A stretch of 64,000 nt of DNA, taken from Eledone cirrhosa. Its lineage: Eukaryota. The position numbers and the translations under genes were made by a program. Below the pieces are notes generated by a model. That model worked only from the letters and a program-made list of their open reading frames with translations. It was not told the origin of the DNA and made no database searches. The number at the start of each line of letters is the position of its first letter. Position 1 is the stretch's first letter. The stretch covers positions 298,778,001 to 298,842,000 of the forward strand of contig OZ024743.1 in assembly GCA_964016885.1 (NCBI GenBank), written 5' to 3'. This document shows, piece by piece, positions 15,801-33,119 of this stretch.

Positions 15801-18800
15801 ATAACCACAACAACACCTTCAACAGCAACATACGACACCACTAACATCCTCTATAACAACTGAAGACAATACCGGCAATAGTAATAACCACAACAACACC
15901 TTCAACAGCAACAGACCACAACACTAACATCCTCTACAACAACTAAAGACAATAGAAGCAATAGTAATAACAACAAAAACACCTTCAACAGCAACATACC
16001 ACAACACTGACATCCTCTACAACAACTAAAGACAATACCAGCAATAGTAATAACCACAACAACACCTTCAATAGCAACAGACCACAAAACTAACATCCTC
16101 TACAACAACTAAAGACAATACCAGCAATAGTAATAACCACAACAACACGTTCAACAGCAACATACCACAACACTAACATCCTCTATAACAACTAAAGACA
16201 ATAGCAGCAATAGTAATAACCACAACAACATCTTCAAAAGCAACAGACCACAACACTAACATCCTCTATAACAACTAAAGACAATAGCAGCAATAGTAAT
16301 AACCACAACAATACCTTCAACAGCAACAGACCACAACACTAACATCCTCTATAACAACTAAAGACAATACCGGCAATAGTAATAACCACAACAACACCTT
16401 CAACAGCAACATACCACAACACTAACATCCTCTACAACAACTAAAGACAATACCGGCAATAGTAATAACCACAACAACACCTTCAACAGCAACATACCAC
16501 ACCACTAACATCCTCTATAACAACTAAAGACAATAGCAGCAATAGTAATAACCACAACAACACCTTCAACAGCAACATACCACACCACTAACATCCTCTA
16601 TAACAACTAAAGACAATACCAGCAATAGTAATAACCACAACAACACCTTCAACAGCAACATACCACACCACTAACATCCTCTATAACAACTAAAGACAAT
16701 ACCAGCAATAGTAATAACCACAAAACCTTCAACAGCAACACACCACACCACTAACATCCTCTATAACAACTAAAGACAATTGCAGCAATAGTAATAACCA
16801 CAACAACACCTTCAACAGCAACATACCACACCACTAACATCCTCTATAACAACTAAAGACAATAGCAGCAATAGTAATAACCACAACAACACCTTCAACA
16901 GCAGCATACCACACCACTAACATCCTCTACAACAACTAAAGACAATACCAACTATAGTAATAACCACACCTTCAACAGCAACATACCACAACACTAACAT
17001 CCTCTACAACATCTAAAGACAATACCAACAATAGTAATAACCGCAACAACACCTTCAACAGCAACATACCACAACACTAACATCCTCTATATCAACTAAA
17101 GACAATACCAGCAATAGTAATAACCACAACAACACCTTCAACAGCAACATACCACACCACTAACATCCTCTATAACAACTAAAGACAATAGCAGCAATAG
17201 TATTAACCACAACAACACCTTCAACAGCAACATACCACAACACTAACATCCTCTATAACAACTAAAGACAATAGCAGCAATAGTAATAACCACAACAACA
17301 CCTTCAACAGCAACATACCACAACACTAACATCCTCTATAACAACTAAAGACAATATCGTCAATAGTAATAACCACACCTTCAACAGCAACATACCACAA
17401 CACTAACATCCTCTACAACATCTAAAGACAATACCAGCAATAGTAATAACCACAACAACACCTTCAACAGCAACATACCACAACACTAACATCCTCTATA
17501 ACAACTAAATACAATAGCAGCAATAGTAATAACCACAACAACACCTTCAACAGCAACAGACCACAACACTAACATCCTCTATAACAACTAAATACAATAG
17601 CAGCTATAGTAATAACCACAACAACACCTTCAACAGCAACATACCACAACACTAACATCCTCTATAACAACTAAAGACAATATCGGCAATAGTAATAACC
17701 ACACCTTCAACAGCAACATACCACACCACTAACATCCTCTATAACAACTAAAGACAATACCAGCAATAGTAATAACCACAACAACACCTTCAACAGCAAC
17801 AGACCACAACACTAACATCCTCTATAACAACTAAAGACAATAGCAGCAATAGTAATAACCACAACAACACCTTCAACAGCAGCATACCACAACACTAACA
17901 TCCTCTATAACAACTAAAGACAATACCAGCAATAGTAATAACCACAACAACACATTCAACAGCAACATACCACACCACTAACATCCTCTATAAAAACTAA
18001 AGACAATAGCAGCAATTGAAATAACCACAACAACACCTTCAACAGCAACATACCACACCACTAACATCCTCTACAACAACTAAAGACAATACCGGCAATA
18101 GTAATAACCACAACAACACCTTCAACAGCAACAGACCACAACACTAACATCCTCTATAACAACTAAAGACAATAGCAGCAATAGTAATAACCACAACAAC
18201 ACCTTCAATAGCAACAGACCACAAAACTAACATCCTCTACAACAACTAAAGACAATACCAGCAATAGTAATAACCACAACAACACCTTCAACAGCAACAG
18301 ACCACAACACTAACATCCTCTATAACAACTAAAGACAATAGCAGCAATAGTAATAGCCACAACAACACATTCAACATCAACATACCACAACACTAACATC
18401 GTCTATAACAACTAAAGACAATACCAGCAATAGTAATAACCACAACAACACCTTCAACAGCAACATACGACACCACTAACATCCTCTATAACAACTGAAG
18501 ACAATACCGGCAATAGTAATAACCACAACAACACCTTCAACAGCAACAGACCACAACACTAACATCCTCTACAACAACTAAAGACAATAGAAGCAATAGT
18601 AATAACAACAAAAACACCTTCAACAGCAACATACCACAACACTGAAATCCTCTACAACAACTAAAGACAATACCAGCAATAGTAATAACCACAACAACAC
18701 CTTCAATAGCAACAGACCACAAAACTAACATCGTCTATAACAACTAAAGACAATACCAGCAATAGTAATAACCACAACAACACCTTCAACAGCAACATAC

Positions 18801-21770
18801 GACACCACTAACATCCTCTATAACAACTGAAGACAATACCGGCAATAGTAATAACCACAACAACACCTTCAACAGCAACAGACCACAACACTAACATCCT
18901 CTACAACAACTAAAGACAATAGAAGCAATAGTAATAACAACAAAAACACCTTCAACAGCAACATACCACAACACTGACATCCTCTACAACAACTAAAGAC
19001 AATACCAGCAATAGTAATAACCACAACAACACCTTCAATAGCAACAGACCACAAAACTAACATCCTCTACAACAACTAAAGACAATACCAGCAATAGTAA
19101 TAACCACAACAACACGTTCAACAGCAACATACCACAACACTAACATCCTCTATAACAACTAAAGACAATAGCAGCAATAGTAATAACCACAACAACATCT
19201 TCAAAAGCAACAGACCACAACACTAACATCCTCTATAACAACTAAAGACAATAGCAGCAATAGTAATAACCACAACAATACCTTCAACAGCAACAGACCA
19301 CAACACTAACATCCTCTATAACAACTAAAGACAATACCGGCAATAGTAATAACCACAACAACACCTTCAACAGCAACATACCACAACACTAACATCCTCT
19401 ACAACAACTAAAGACAATACCGGCAATAGTAATAACCACAACAACACCTTCAACAGCAACATACCACAACACTAACATCCTCTATAACAACTAAAGACAA
19501 TTGCAGCAATAGTAATAACCACAACAACACCTTCAACAGCAACATACCACACCACTAACATCCTCTATAACAACTAAAGACAATAGCAGCAATAGTAATA
19601 ACCACAACAACACCTTCAACAGCAGCATACCACACCACTAACATCCTCTACAACAACTAAAGACAATACCAACTATAGTAATAACCACACCTTCAACAGC
19701 AACATACCACAACACTAACATCCTCTACAACATCTAAAGACAATACCAACAATAGTAATAACCGCAACAACACCTTCAACAGCAACATACCACAACACTA
19801 ACATCCTCTATATCAACTAAAGACAATACCAGCAATAGTAATAACCACAACAACACCTTCAACAGCAACATACCACACCACTAACATCCTCTATAACAAC
19901 TAAAGACAATAGCAGCAATAGTATTAACCACAACAACACCTTCAACAGCAACATACCACAACACTAACATCCTCTATAACAACTAAAGACAATAGCAGCA
20001 ATAGTAATAACCACAACAACACCTTCAACAGCAACATACCACAACACTAACATCCTCTATAACAACTAAAGACAATATCGTCAATAGTAATAACCACACC
20101 TTCAACAGCAACATACCACAACACTAACATCCTCTACAACATCTAAAGACAATACCAGCAATAGTAATAACCACAACAACACCTTCAACAGCAACATACC
20201 ACAACACTAACATCCTCTATAACAACTAAATACAATAGCAGCAATAGTAATAACCACAACAACACCTTCAACAGCAACAGACCACAACACTAACATCCTC
20301 TATAACAACTAAATACAATAGCAGCTATAGTAATAACCACAACAACACCTTCAACAGCAACATACCACAACACTAACATCCTCTATAACAACTAAAGACA
20401 ATATCGGCAATAGTAATAACCAAACCTTCAACAGCAACATACCACAACACTAACATCCTCTATAACAACTAAAGACAATACCAGCAATAGTAATAACCAC
20501 AACAACACCTTCAACAGCAACAGACCACAACACTAACATCCTCTATAACAACTAAAGACAATAGCAGCAATAGTAATAACCACAACAACACCTTCAACAG
20601 CAGCATACCACAACACTAACATCCTCTATAACAACTAAAGACAATACCAGCAATAGTAATAACCACAACAACACATTCAACAGCAACATACCACACCACT
20701 AACATCCTCTATAAAAACTAAAGACAATAGCAGCAATTGAAATAACCACAACAACACCTTCAACAGCAACATACCACACCACTAACATCCTCTACAACAA
20801 CTAAAGACAATACCAGCTATAGTAATAACCACAACAACACCTTCAACAGCAACAGACCACACCACTAACATCCTCTATAATAACTAAAGACAATAGCAGC
20901 AATAGTAATAACCACAACACCTTCAACAGCAACAGACCACAACACTAACTTCCTCTATAACAACTAAAGACAATAGCAGCAATAGTAATAACCACAACAA
21001 CACCTTCAACAGCAACATACCACACCACTAACATCTTCTATAACAACTAAAGACAATACCAGCAATAGTAATAACCACAACAACACCTTCAACAGCAACA
21101 TACCACACCACTAACATCCTCTATAACAACTAAAGACAATACCGGCAATAGTAATAACCACAACAACACCTTCAACAGCAACAGCCCACAACACTAACAT
21201 CCTCTATAACAACTAAAGACAATAGCAGCAATAGTAATAACCACAACAACACCTTCAATAGCAACAGACCACAAAACTAACATCCTCTACAACAACTAAA
21301 GACAATAGCAGCAATAGTAATAACCACAACAACACCTTCAATAGCAACAGACCACAAAACTAACATCCTCTACAACAACTAAAGACAATACCAGCAATAG
21401 TAATAACCACAACAACACCTTCAACAGCAACAGACCACAACACTAACATCCTCTATAACAACTAAAGACAATAGCAGCAATAGTAATAGCCACAACAACA
21501 CATTCAACATCAACATACCACAACACTAACATCGTCTATAACAACTAAAGACAATACCAGCAATAGTAATAACCACAACAACACCTTCAACAGCAACATA
21601 CGACACCACTAACATCCTCTATAACAACTGAAGACAATACCGGCAATAGTAATAACCACAACAACACCTTCAACAGCAACAGACCACAACACTAACATCC
21701 TCTACAACAACTAAAGACAATAGAAGCAATAGTAATAACAACAAAAACACCTTCAACAGCAACATACCAC
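9890..21770. repeat. 5768-bp super-HOR (70 monomers = 2967 + 2801 bp subunits), two tandem copies
   Basis: An offset of 5768 links ORF copies 10134/15902/21670, 12769/18537 and 13101/18869. The same offset links GCAATTGAAA at 12250/18018 and 14971/20739, and ACAGCCCAC at ~15416/21184. Confidence 0.92.
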
Positions 21771-23420
21771 AACACTGAAATCCTCTACAACAACTAAAGA
21801 CAATACCAGCAATAGTAATAACCACAACAACACCTTCAATAGCAACAGACCACAACACTAACATCCTCTATAACAACTAAATACAATAGCAGCTATAGTA
21901 ATAACCACAACAACACCTTCAACAGCAACATACCACAACACTAACATCCTCTATAACAACTAAAGACAATATCGGCAATAGTAATAACCAAACCTTCAAC
22001 AGCAACATACCACAACACTAACATCCTCTATAACAACTAAAGACAATACCAGCAATAGTAATAACCACAACAACACCTTCAACAGCAACAGACCACAACA
22101 CTAACATCCTCTATAACAACTAAAGACAATAGCAGCAATAGTAATAACCACAACAACACCTTCAACAGCAGCATACCACAACACTAACATCCTCTATAAC
22201 AACTAAAGACAATACCAGCAATAGTAATAACCACAACAACACATTCAACAGCAACATACCACACCACTAACATCCTCTATAAAAACTAAAGACAATAGCA
22301 GCAATTGAAATAACCACAACAACACCTTCAACAGCAACATACCACACCACTAACATCCTCTACAACAACTAAAGACAATACCAGCTATAGTAATAACCAC
22401 AACAACACCTTCAACAGCAACAGACCACACCACTAACATCCTCTATAATAACTAAAGACAATAGCAGCAATAGTAATAACCACAACACCTTCAACAGCAA
22501 CAGACCACAACACTAACTTCCTCTATAACAACTAAAGACAATAGCAGCAATAGTAATAACCACAACAACACCTTCAACAGCAACATACCACACCACTAAC
22601 ATCTTCTATAACAACTAAAGACAATACCAGCAATAGTAATAACCACAACAACACCTTCAACAGCAACATACCACACCACTAACATCCTCTATAACAACTA
22701 AAGACAATACCGGCAATAGTAATAACCACAACAACACCTTCAACAGCAACAGCCCACAACACTAACATCCTCTATAACAACTAAAGACAATAGCAGCAAT
22801 AGTAATAACCACAACAACACCTTCAATAGCAACAGACCACAAAACTAACATCCTCTACAACAACTAAAGACAATAGCAGCAATAGTAATAACCACAACAA
22901 CACCTTCAATAGCAACAGACCACAAAACTAACATCCTCTACAACAACTAAAGACAATACCAGCAATAGTAATAACCACAACAACACCTTCAACAGCAACA
23001 GACCACAACACTAACATCCTCTATAACAACTAAAGACAATAGCAGCAATAGTAATAGCCACAACAACACATTCAACATCAACATACCACAACACTAACAT
23101 CGTCTATAACAACTAAAGACAATACCAGCAATAGTAATAACCACAACAACACCTTCAACAGCAACATACGACACCACTAACATCCTCTATAACAACTGAA
23201 GACAATACCGGCAATAGTAATAACCACAACAACACCTTCAACAGCAACAGACCACAACACTAACATCCTCTACAACAACTAAAGACAATAGAAGCAATAG
23301 TAATAACAACAAAAACACCTTCAACAGCAACATACCACAACACTGAAATCCTCTACAACAACTAAAGACAATACCAGCAATAGTAATAACCACAACAACA
23401 CCTTCAATAGCAACAGACCA
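20280..23420. repeat. 1568-bp tandem duplication (19 monomers)
   Basis: GCAATTGAAA at 20739/22307, AAATACAATAGCAGCT at 20314/21882 and ORF copies at 21670/23238 are all 1568 apart (19x83-9). Confidence 0.9.
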
Positions 23421-26400
23421 CAAAACTAACATCGTCTATAACAACTAAAGACAATACCAGCAATAGTAATAACCACAACAACACCTTCAACAGCAACATA
23501 CGACACCACTAACATCCTCTATAACAACTGAAGACAATACCGGCAATAGTAATAACCACAACAACACCTTCAACAGCAACAGACCACAACACTAACATCC
23601 TCTACAACAACTAAAGACAATAGAAGCAATAGTAATAACAACAAAAACACCTTCAACAGCAACATACCACAACACTGACATCCTCTACAACAACTAAAGA
23701 CAATACCAGCAATAGTAATAACCACAACAACACCTTCAATAGCAACAGACCACAAAACTAACATCCTCTACAACAACTAAAGACAATACCAGCAATAGTA
23801 ATAACCACAACAACACGTTCAACAGCAACATACCACAACACTAACATCCTCTATAACAACTAAAGACAATAGCAGCAATAGTAATAACCACAACAACATC
23901 TTCAAAAGCAACAGACCACAACACTAACATCCTCTATAACAACTAAAGACAATAGCAGCAATAGTAATAACCACAACAATACCTTCAACAGCAACAGACC
24001 ACAACACTAACATCCTCTATAACAACTAAAGACAATACCGGCAATAGTAATAACCACAACAACACCTTCAACAGCAACATACCACAACACTAACATCCTC
24101 TACAACAACAAGAGACAATACCGGCAATAGTAATAACCACAACAACACCTTCAACAGCAACATACCACAACACTAACATCCTCTATAACAACTAAAGACA
24201 ATTGCAGCAATAGTAATAACCACAACAACACCTTCAACAGCAACATACCACACCACTAACATCCTCTATAACAACTAAAGACAATAGCAGCAATAGTAAT
24301 AACCACAACAACACCTTCAACAGCAGCATACCACACCACTAACATCCTCTACAACAACTAAAGACAATACCAACTATAGTAATAACCACACCTTCAACAG
24401 CAACATACCACAACACTAACATCCTCTACAACATCTAAAGACAATACCAACAATAGTAATAACCGCAACAACACCTTCAACAGCAACATACCACAACACT
24501 AACATCCCCTATATCAACTAAAGACAATACCAGCAATAGTAATAACCACAACAACACCTTCAACAGCAACATACCACACCACTAACATCCTCTATAACAA
24601 CTAAAGACAATAGCAGCAATAGTATTAACCACAACAACACCTTCAACAGCAACATACCACAACACTAACATCCTCTATAACAACTAAAGACAATAGCAGC
24701 AATAGTAATAACCACAACAACACCTTCAACAGCAACATACCACAACACTAACATCCTCTATAACAACTAAAGACAATATCGTCAATAGTAATAACCACAC
24801 CTTCAACAGCAACATACCACAACACTAACATCCTCTACAACATCTAAAGACAATACCAGCAATAGTAATAACCACAACAACACCTTCAACAGCAACATAC
24901 CACAACACTAACATCCTCTATAACAACTAAATACAATAGCAGCAATAGTAATAACCACAACAACACCTTCAACAGCAACAGACCACAACACTAACATCCT
25001 CTATAACAACTAAATACAATAGCAGCTATAGTAATAACCACAACAACACCTTCAACAGCAACATACCACAACACTAACATCCTCTATAACAACTAAAGAC
25101 AATATCGGCAATAGTAATAACCAAACCTTCAACAGCAACATACCACAACACTAACATCCTCTATAACAACTAAAGACAATACCAGCAATAGTAATAACCA
25201 CAACAACACCTTCAACAGCAACAGACCACAACACTAACATCCTCTATAACAACTAAAGACAATAGCAGCAATAGTAATAACCACAACAACACCTTCAACA
25301 GCAGCATACCACAACACTAACATCCTCTATAACAACTAAAGACAATACCAGCAATAGTAATAACCACAACAACACATTCAACAGCAACATACCACACCAC
25401 TAACATCCTCTATAAAAACTAAAGACAATAGCAGCAATTGAAATAACCACAACAACACCTTCAACAGCAACATACCACACCACTAACATCCTCTACAACA
25501 ACTAAAGACAATACCAGCTATAGTAATAACCACAACAACACCTTCAACAGCAACAGACCACACCACTAACATCCTCTATAATAACTAAAGACAATAGCAG
25601 CAATAGTAATAACCACAACACCTTCAACAGCAACAGACCACAACACTAACTTCCTCTATAACAACTAAAGACAATAGCAGCAATAGTAATAACCACAACA
25701 ACACCTTCAACAGCAACATACCACAACACTAACATCTTCTATAACAACTAAAGACAATACCAGCAATAGTAATAACCACAACAACACCTTCAACAGCAAC
25801 ATACCACACCACTAACATCCTCTATAACAACTAAAGACAATACCGGCAATAGTAATAACCACAACAACACCTTCAACAGCAACAGCCCACAACACTAACA
25901 TCCTCTATAACAACTAAAGACAATAGCAGCAATAGTAATAACCACAACAACACCTTCAATAGCAACAGACCACAAAACTAACATCCTCTACAACAACTAA
26001 AGACAATACCAGCAATAGTAATAACCACAACAACACCTTCAACAGCAACAGACCACAACACTAACATCCTCTATAACAACTAAAGACAATAGCAGCAATA
26101 GTAATAGCCACAACAACACATTCAACATCAACATACCACAACACTAACATCGTCTATAACAACTAAAGACAATACCAGCAATAGTAATAACCACAACAAC
26201 ACCTTCAACAGCAACATACGACACCACTAACATCCTCTATAACAACTGAAGACAATACCGGCAATAGTAATAACCACAACAACACCTTCAACAGCAACAG
26301 ACCACAACACTAACATCCTCTACAACAACTAAAGACAATAGAAGCAATAGTAATAACAACAAAAACACCTTCAACAGCAACATACCACAACACTGACATC

Positions 26401-29400
26401 CTCTACAACAACTAAAGACAATACCAGCAATAGTAATAACCACAACAACACCTTCAATAGCAACAGACCACAAAACTAACATCCTCTACAACAACTAAAG
26501 ACAATACCAGCAATAGTAATAACCACAACAACACGTTCAACAGCAACATACCACAACACTAACATCCTCTATAACAACTAAAGACAATAGCAGCAATAGT
26601 AATAACCACAACAACATCTTCAAAAGCAACAGACCACAACACTAACATCCTCTATAACAACTAAAGACAATAGCAGCAATAGTAATAACCACAACAATAC
26701 CTTCAACAGCAACAGACCACAACACTAACATCCTCTATAACAACTAAAGACAATACCGGCAATAGTAATAACCACAACAACACCTTCAACAGCAACATAC
26801 CACAACACTAACATCCTCTACAACAACTAAAGACAATACCGGCAATAGTAATAACCACAACAACACCTTCAACAGCAACATACCACACCACTAACATCCT
26901 CTATAACAACTAAAGACAATAGCAGCAATAGTAATAACCACAACAACACCTTCAACAGCAACATACCACACCACTAACATCCTCTATAACAACTAAAGAC
27001 AATACCAGCAATAGTAATAACCACAACAACACCTTCAACAGCAACATACCACACCACTAACATCCTCTATAACAACTAAAGACAATACCAGCAATAGTAA
27101 TAACCACAAAACCTTCAACAGCAACACACCACACCACTAACATCCTCTATAACAACTAAAGACAATTGCAGCAATAGTAATAACCACAACAACACCTTCA
27201 ACAGCAACATACCACACCACTAACATCCTCTATAACAACTAAAGACAATAGCAGCAATAGTAATAACCACAACAACACCTTCAACAGCAGCATACCACAC
27301 CACTAACATCCTCTACAACAACTAAAGACAATACCAACTATAGTAATAACCACACCTTCAACAGCAACATACCACAACACTAACATCCTCTACAACATCT
27401 AAAGACAATACCAACAATAGTAATAACCGCAACAACACCTTCAACAGCAACATACCACAACACTAACATCCTCTATATCAACTAAAGACAATACCAGCAA
27501 TAGTAATAACGACAACAACACCTTCAACAGCAACATACCACACCACTAACATCCTCTATAACAACTAAAGACAATAGCAGCAATAGTATTAACCACAACA
27601 ACACCTTCAACAGCAACATACCACAACACTAACATCCTCTATAACAACTAAAGACAATATCGTCAATAGTAATAACCACACCTTCAACAGCAACATACCA
27701 CAACACTAACATCCTCTACAACATCTAAAGACAATACCAGCAATAGTAATAACCACAACAACACCTTCAACAGCAACATACCACAACACTAACATCCTCT
27801 ATAACAACTAAATACAATAGCAGCAATAGTAATAACCACAACAACACCTTCAACAGCAACAGACCACAACACTAACATCCTCTATAACAACTAAATACAA
27901 TAGCAGCTATAGTAATAACCACAACAACACCTTCAACAGCAACATACCACAACACTAACATCCTCTATAACAACTAAAGACAATATCGGCAATAGTAATA
28001 ACCACACCTTCAACAGCAACATACCACACCACTAACATCCTCTATAACAACTAAAGACAATACCAGCAATAGTAATAACCACAACAACACCTTCAACAGC
28101 AACAGACCACAACACTAACATCCTCTATAACAACTAAAGACAATAGCAGCAATAGTAATAACCACAACAACACCTTCAACAGCAGCATACCACAACACTA
28201 ACATCCTCTATAACAACTAAAGACAATACCAGCAATAGTAATAACCACAACAACACATTCAACAGCAACATACCACACCACTAACATCCTCTATAAAAAC
28301 TAAAGACAATAGCAGCAATTGAAATAACCACAACAACACCTTCAACAGCAACATACCACACCACTAACATCCTCTACAACAACTAAAGACAATACCGGCA
28401 ATAGTAATAACCACAACAACACCTTCAACAGCAACAGACCACAACACTAACATCCTCTATAACAACTAAAGACAATAGCAGCAATAGTAATAACCACAAC
28501 AACACCTTCAATAGCAACAGACCACAAAACTAACATCCTCTACAACAACTAAAGACAATACCAGCAATAGTAATAACCACAACAACACCTTCAACAGCAA
28601 CAGACCACAACACTAACATCCTCTATAACAACTAAAGACAATAGCAGCAATAGTAATAGCCACAACAACACATTCAACATCAACATACCACAACACTAAC
28701 ATCGTCTATAACAACTAAAGACAATACCAGCAATAGTAATAACCACAACAACACCTTCAACAGCAACATACGACACCACTAACATCCTCTATAACAACTG
28801 AAGACAATACCGGCAATAGTAATAACCATAACAACACCTTCAACAGCAACAGACCACAACACTAACATCCTCTACAACAACTAAAGACAATAGAAGCAAT
28901 AGTATTAACAACAAAAACACCTTCAACAGCAACATACCACAACACTGAAATCCTCTACAACAACTAAAGACAATACCAGCAATAGTAATAACCACAACAA
29001 CACCTTCAATAGCAACAGACCACAAAACTAACATCGTCTATAACAACTAAAGACAATACCAGCAATAGTAATAACCACAACAACACCTTCAACAGCAACA
29101 TACGACACCACTAACATCCTCTATAACAACTGAAGACAATACCGGCAATAGTAATAACCACAACAACACCTTCAACAGCAACAGACCACAACACTAACAT
29201 CCTCTACAACAACTAAAGACAATAGAAGCAATAGTAATAACAACAAAAACACCTTCAACAGCAACATACCACAACACTGACATCCTCTACAACAACTAAA
29301 GACAATACCAGCAATAGTAATAACCACAACAACACCTTCAATAGCAACAGACCACAAAACTAACATCCTCTACAACAACTAAAGACAATACCAGCAATAG

Positions 29401-32400
29401 TAATAACCACAACAACACGTTCAACAGCAACATACCACAACACTAACATCCTCTATAACAACTAAAGACAATAGCAGCAATAGTAATAACCACAACAACA
29501 TCTTCAAAAGCAACAGACCACAACACTAACATCCTCTATAACAACTAAAGACAATAGCAGCAATAGTAATAACCACAACAATACCTTCAACAGCAACAGA
29601 CCACAACACTAACATCCTCTATAACAACTAAAGACAATACCGGCAATAGTAATAACCACAACAACACCTTCAACAGCAACATACCACAACACTAACATCC
29701 TCTACAACAACTAAAGACAATACCGGCAATAGTAATAACCACAACAACACCTTCAACAGCAACATACCACACCACTAACATCCTCTATAACAACTAAAGA
29801 CAATAGCAGCAATAGTAATAACCACAACAACACCTTCAACAGCAACATACCACACCACTAACATCCTCTATAACAACTAAAGACAATACCAGCAATAGTA
29901 ATAACCACAACAAAACCTTCAACAGCAACATACCACACCACTAACATCCTCTATAACAACTAAAGACAATACCAGCAATAGTAATAACCACAAAACCTTC
30001 AACAGCAACACACCACACCACTAACATCCTCTATAACAACTAAAGACAATTGCAGCAATAGTAATAACCACAACAACACCTTCAACAGCAACATACCACA
30101 CCACTAACATCCTCTATAACAACTAAAGACAATAGCAGCAATAGTAATAACCACAACAACACCTTCAACAGCAGCATACCACACCACTAACATCCTCTAC
30201 AACAACTAAAGACAATACCAACTATAGTAATAACCACACCTTCAACAGCAACATACCACAACACTAACATCCTCTACAACATCTAAAGACAATACCAACA
30301 ATAGTAATAACCGCAACAACACCTTCAACAGCAACATACCACAACACTAACATCCTCTATATCAACTAAAGACAATACCAGCAATAGTAATAACCACAAC
30401 AACACCTTCAACAGCAACATACCACACCACTAACATCCTCTATAACAACTAAAGACAATAGCAGCAATAGTATTAACCACAACAACACCTTCAACAGCAA
30501 CATACCACAACACTAACATCCTCTATAACAACTAAAGACAATAGCAGCAATAGTAATAACCACAACAACACCTTCAACAGCAACATACCACAACACTAAC
30601 ATCCTCTATAACAACTAAAGACAATATCGTCAATAGTAATAACCACACCTTCAACAGCAACATACCACAACACTAACATCCTCTACAACATCTAAAGACA
30701 ATACCAGAAATAGTAATAACCACAACAACACCTTCAACAGCAACATACCACAACACTAACATCCTCTATAACAACTAAATACAATAGCAGCAATAGTAAT
30801 AACCACAACAACACCTTCAACAGCAACAGACCACAACACTAACATCCTCTATAACAACTAAATACAATAGCAGCTATAGTAATAACCACAACAACACATT
30901 CAACAGCAACATACCACAACACTAACATCCTCTATAACAACTAAAGACAATATCGGCAATAGTAATAACCACACCTTCAACAGCAACATACCACACCACT
31001 AACATCCTCTATAACAACTAAAGACAATACCAGCAATAGTAATAACCACAACAACACCTTCAACAGCAACAGACCACAACACTAACATCCTCTATAACAA
31101 CTAAAGACAATAGCAGCAATAGTAATAACCACAACAACACCTTCAACAGCAGCATACCACAACACTAACATCCTCTATAACAACTAAAGACAATACCAGC
31201 AATAGTAATAACCACAACAACACATTCAACAGCAACATACCACACCACTAACATCCTCTATAAAAACTAAAGACAATAGCAGCAATTGAAATAACCACAA
31301 CAACACCTTCAACAGCAACATACCACACCACTAACATCCTCTACAACAACTAAAGACAATACCGGCAATAGTAATAACCACAACAACACCTTCAACAGCA
31401 ACAGACCACAACACTAACATCCTCTATAACAACTAAAGACAATAGCAGCAATAGTAATAACCACAACAACACCTTCAATAGCAACAGACCACAAAACTAA
31501 CATCCTCTACAACAACTAAAGACAATACCAGCAATAGTAATAACCACAACAACACCTTCAACAGCAACAGACCACAACACTAACATCCTCTATAACAACT
31601 AAAGACAATAGCAGCAATAGTAATAGCCACAACAACACATTCAACATCAACATACCACAACACTAACATCGTCTATAACAACTAAAGACAATACCAGCAA
31701 TAGTAATAACCACAACAACACCTTCAACAGCAACATACGACACCACTAACATCCTCTATAACAACTGAAGACAATACCGGCAATAGTAATAACCACAACA
31801 ACACCTTCAACAGCAACAGACCACAACACTAACATCCTCTACAACAACTAAAGACAATAGAAGCAATAGTAATAACAACAAAAACACCTTCAACAGCAAC
31901 ATACCACAACACTGAAATCCTCTACAACAACTAAAGACAATACCAGCAATAGTAATAACCACAACAACACCTTCAATAGCAACAGACCACAAAACTAACA
32001 TCCTCTACAACAACTAAAGACAATACCAGCAATAGTAATAACCACAACAACATGTTCAACAGCAACATACCACAACACTAACATCCTCTATAACAACTAA
32101 AGACAATAGCAGCAATAGTAATAACCACAACAACATCTTCAAGAGCAACAGACCACAACACTAACATCCTCTATAACAACTAAAAACAATAGCAGCAATA
32201 GTAATAACCACAACAACACCTTCAACAGCAACATACCACAACACTAACATCCTCTACAACAACTAAACACAATAGCAGCAATAGTAATAACCACAACAAC
32301 ACCTTCAACAGCAACATACCACAACACTAACATCCTCTACAACAACTAAAGACAATAGCAGCAATAGTAATAACCACAACAACACCTTCAACAGCAACAG

Positions 32401-33119
32401 ACCACAACACTAACATCCTCTATAACAACTAAAGACAATAGCAGCAATAGTAATAACCACAACAATACCTTCAACAGCAACAGACCACAACACTAACATC
32501 CTCTACAACAATTAAAGACAATAGCAGCAATAGTAATAACCACAACAACACCTTCAACAGCAACAGACCACAACACTAACATCCTCTACAACAACTAAAG
32601 ACAATAGCAGCAATAGTAATAACCACAACAACACCTTCAACAGCAACAGACCACAACACTAACATCCTCTATAGCAACTAAAGACAATAGCAGCAATAGT
32701 AATAACCACAACAATACCTTCAACAGCAACAGACCACAACACTAACATCCTCTACAACAATTAAAGACAATAGCAGCAATAGTAATAACCACAACAACAT
32801 CTTCAAGAGCAACAGACCACAACACTAACATCCTCTACAACAACTAAAGACAATAGAAGCAATAGTAATAACAACAAAAACACCTTCAACAGCAACATAC
32901 CACAACACTAACATCCTCTATAACAACTAAAGACGATACCGGCAATAGTAATAACCACAACAACACCTTCAACAGCAACATACCACAACACTAACATCCT
33001 ATACAACAACTAAAGACAATACTGGCAATAGTAATAACCACAACAACAACTTCAACAGCAACATACCACACCACTAACATCCTCTATAACAACTAAAGAC
33101 AATAGCAGCAATAGTAATA

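Larger units (their letters stand above)
8130..32000. repeat. HOR domain of ~31-36 monomers (about 2.55-3.1 kb per unit), about 9 units
   Basis: Marker GCAATTGAAAT at ~9701, 12250, 14971, 18018, 20739, 22307, 25440, 28321 and 31288. Other markers keep a fixed order (ATAGCCAC, ATCGTCT, TACGAC, CTGAAG, AGAAGC, ACACGTTC, ATCTTCAAAAG, AATTGCAG, ACCAACTAT, ACCGCAAC, GTATTAAC, TATCGTC, GCTATAG). Confidence 0.9.
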
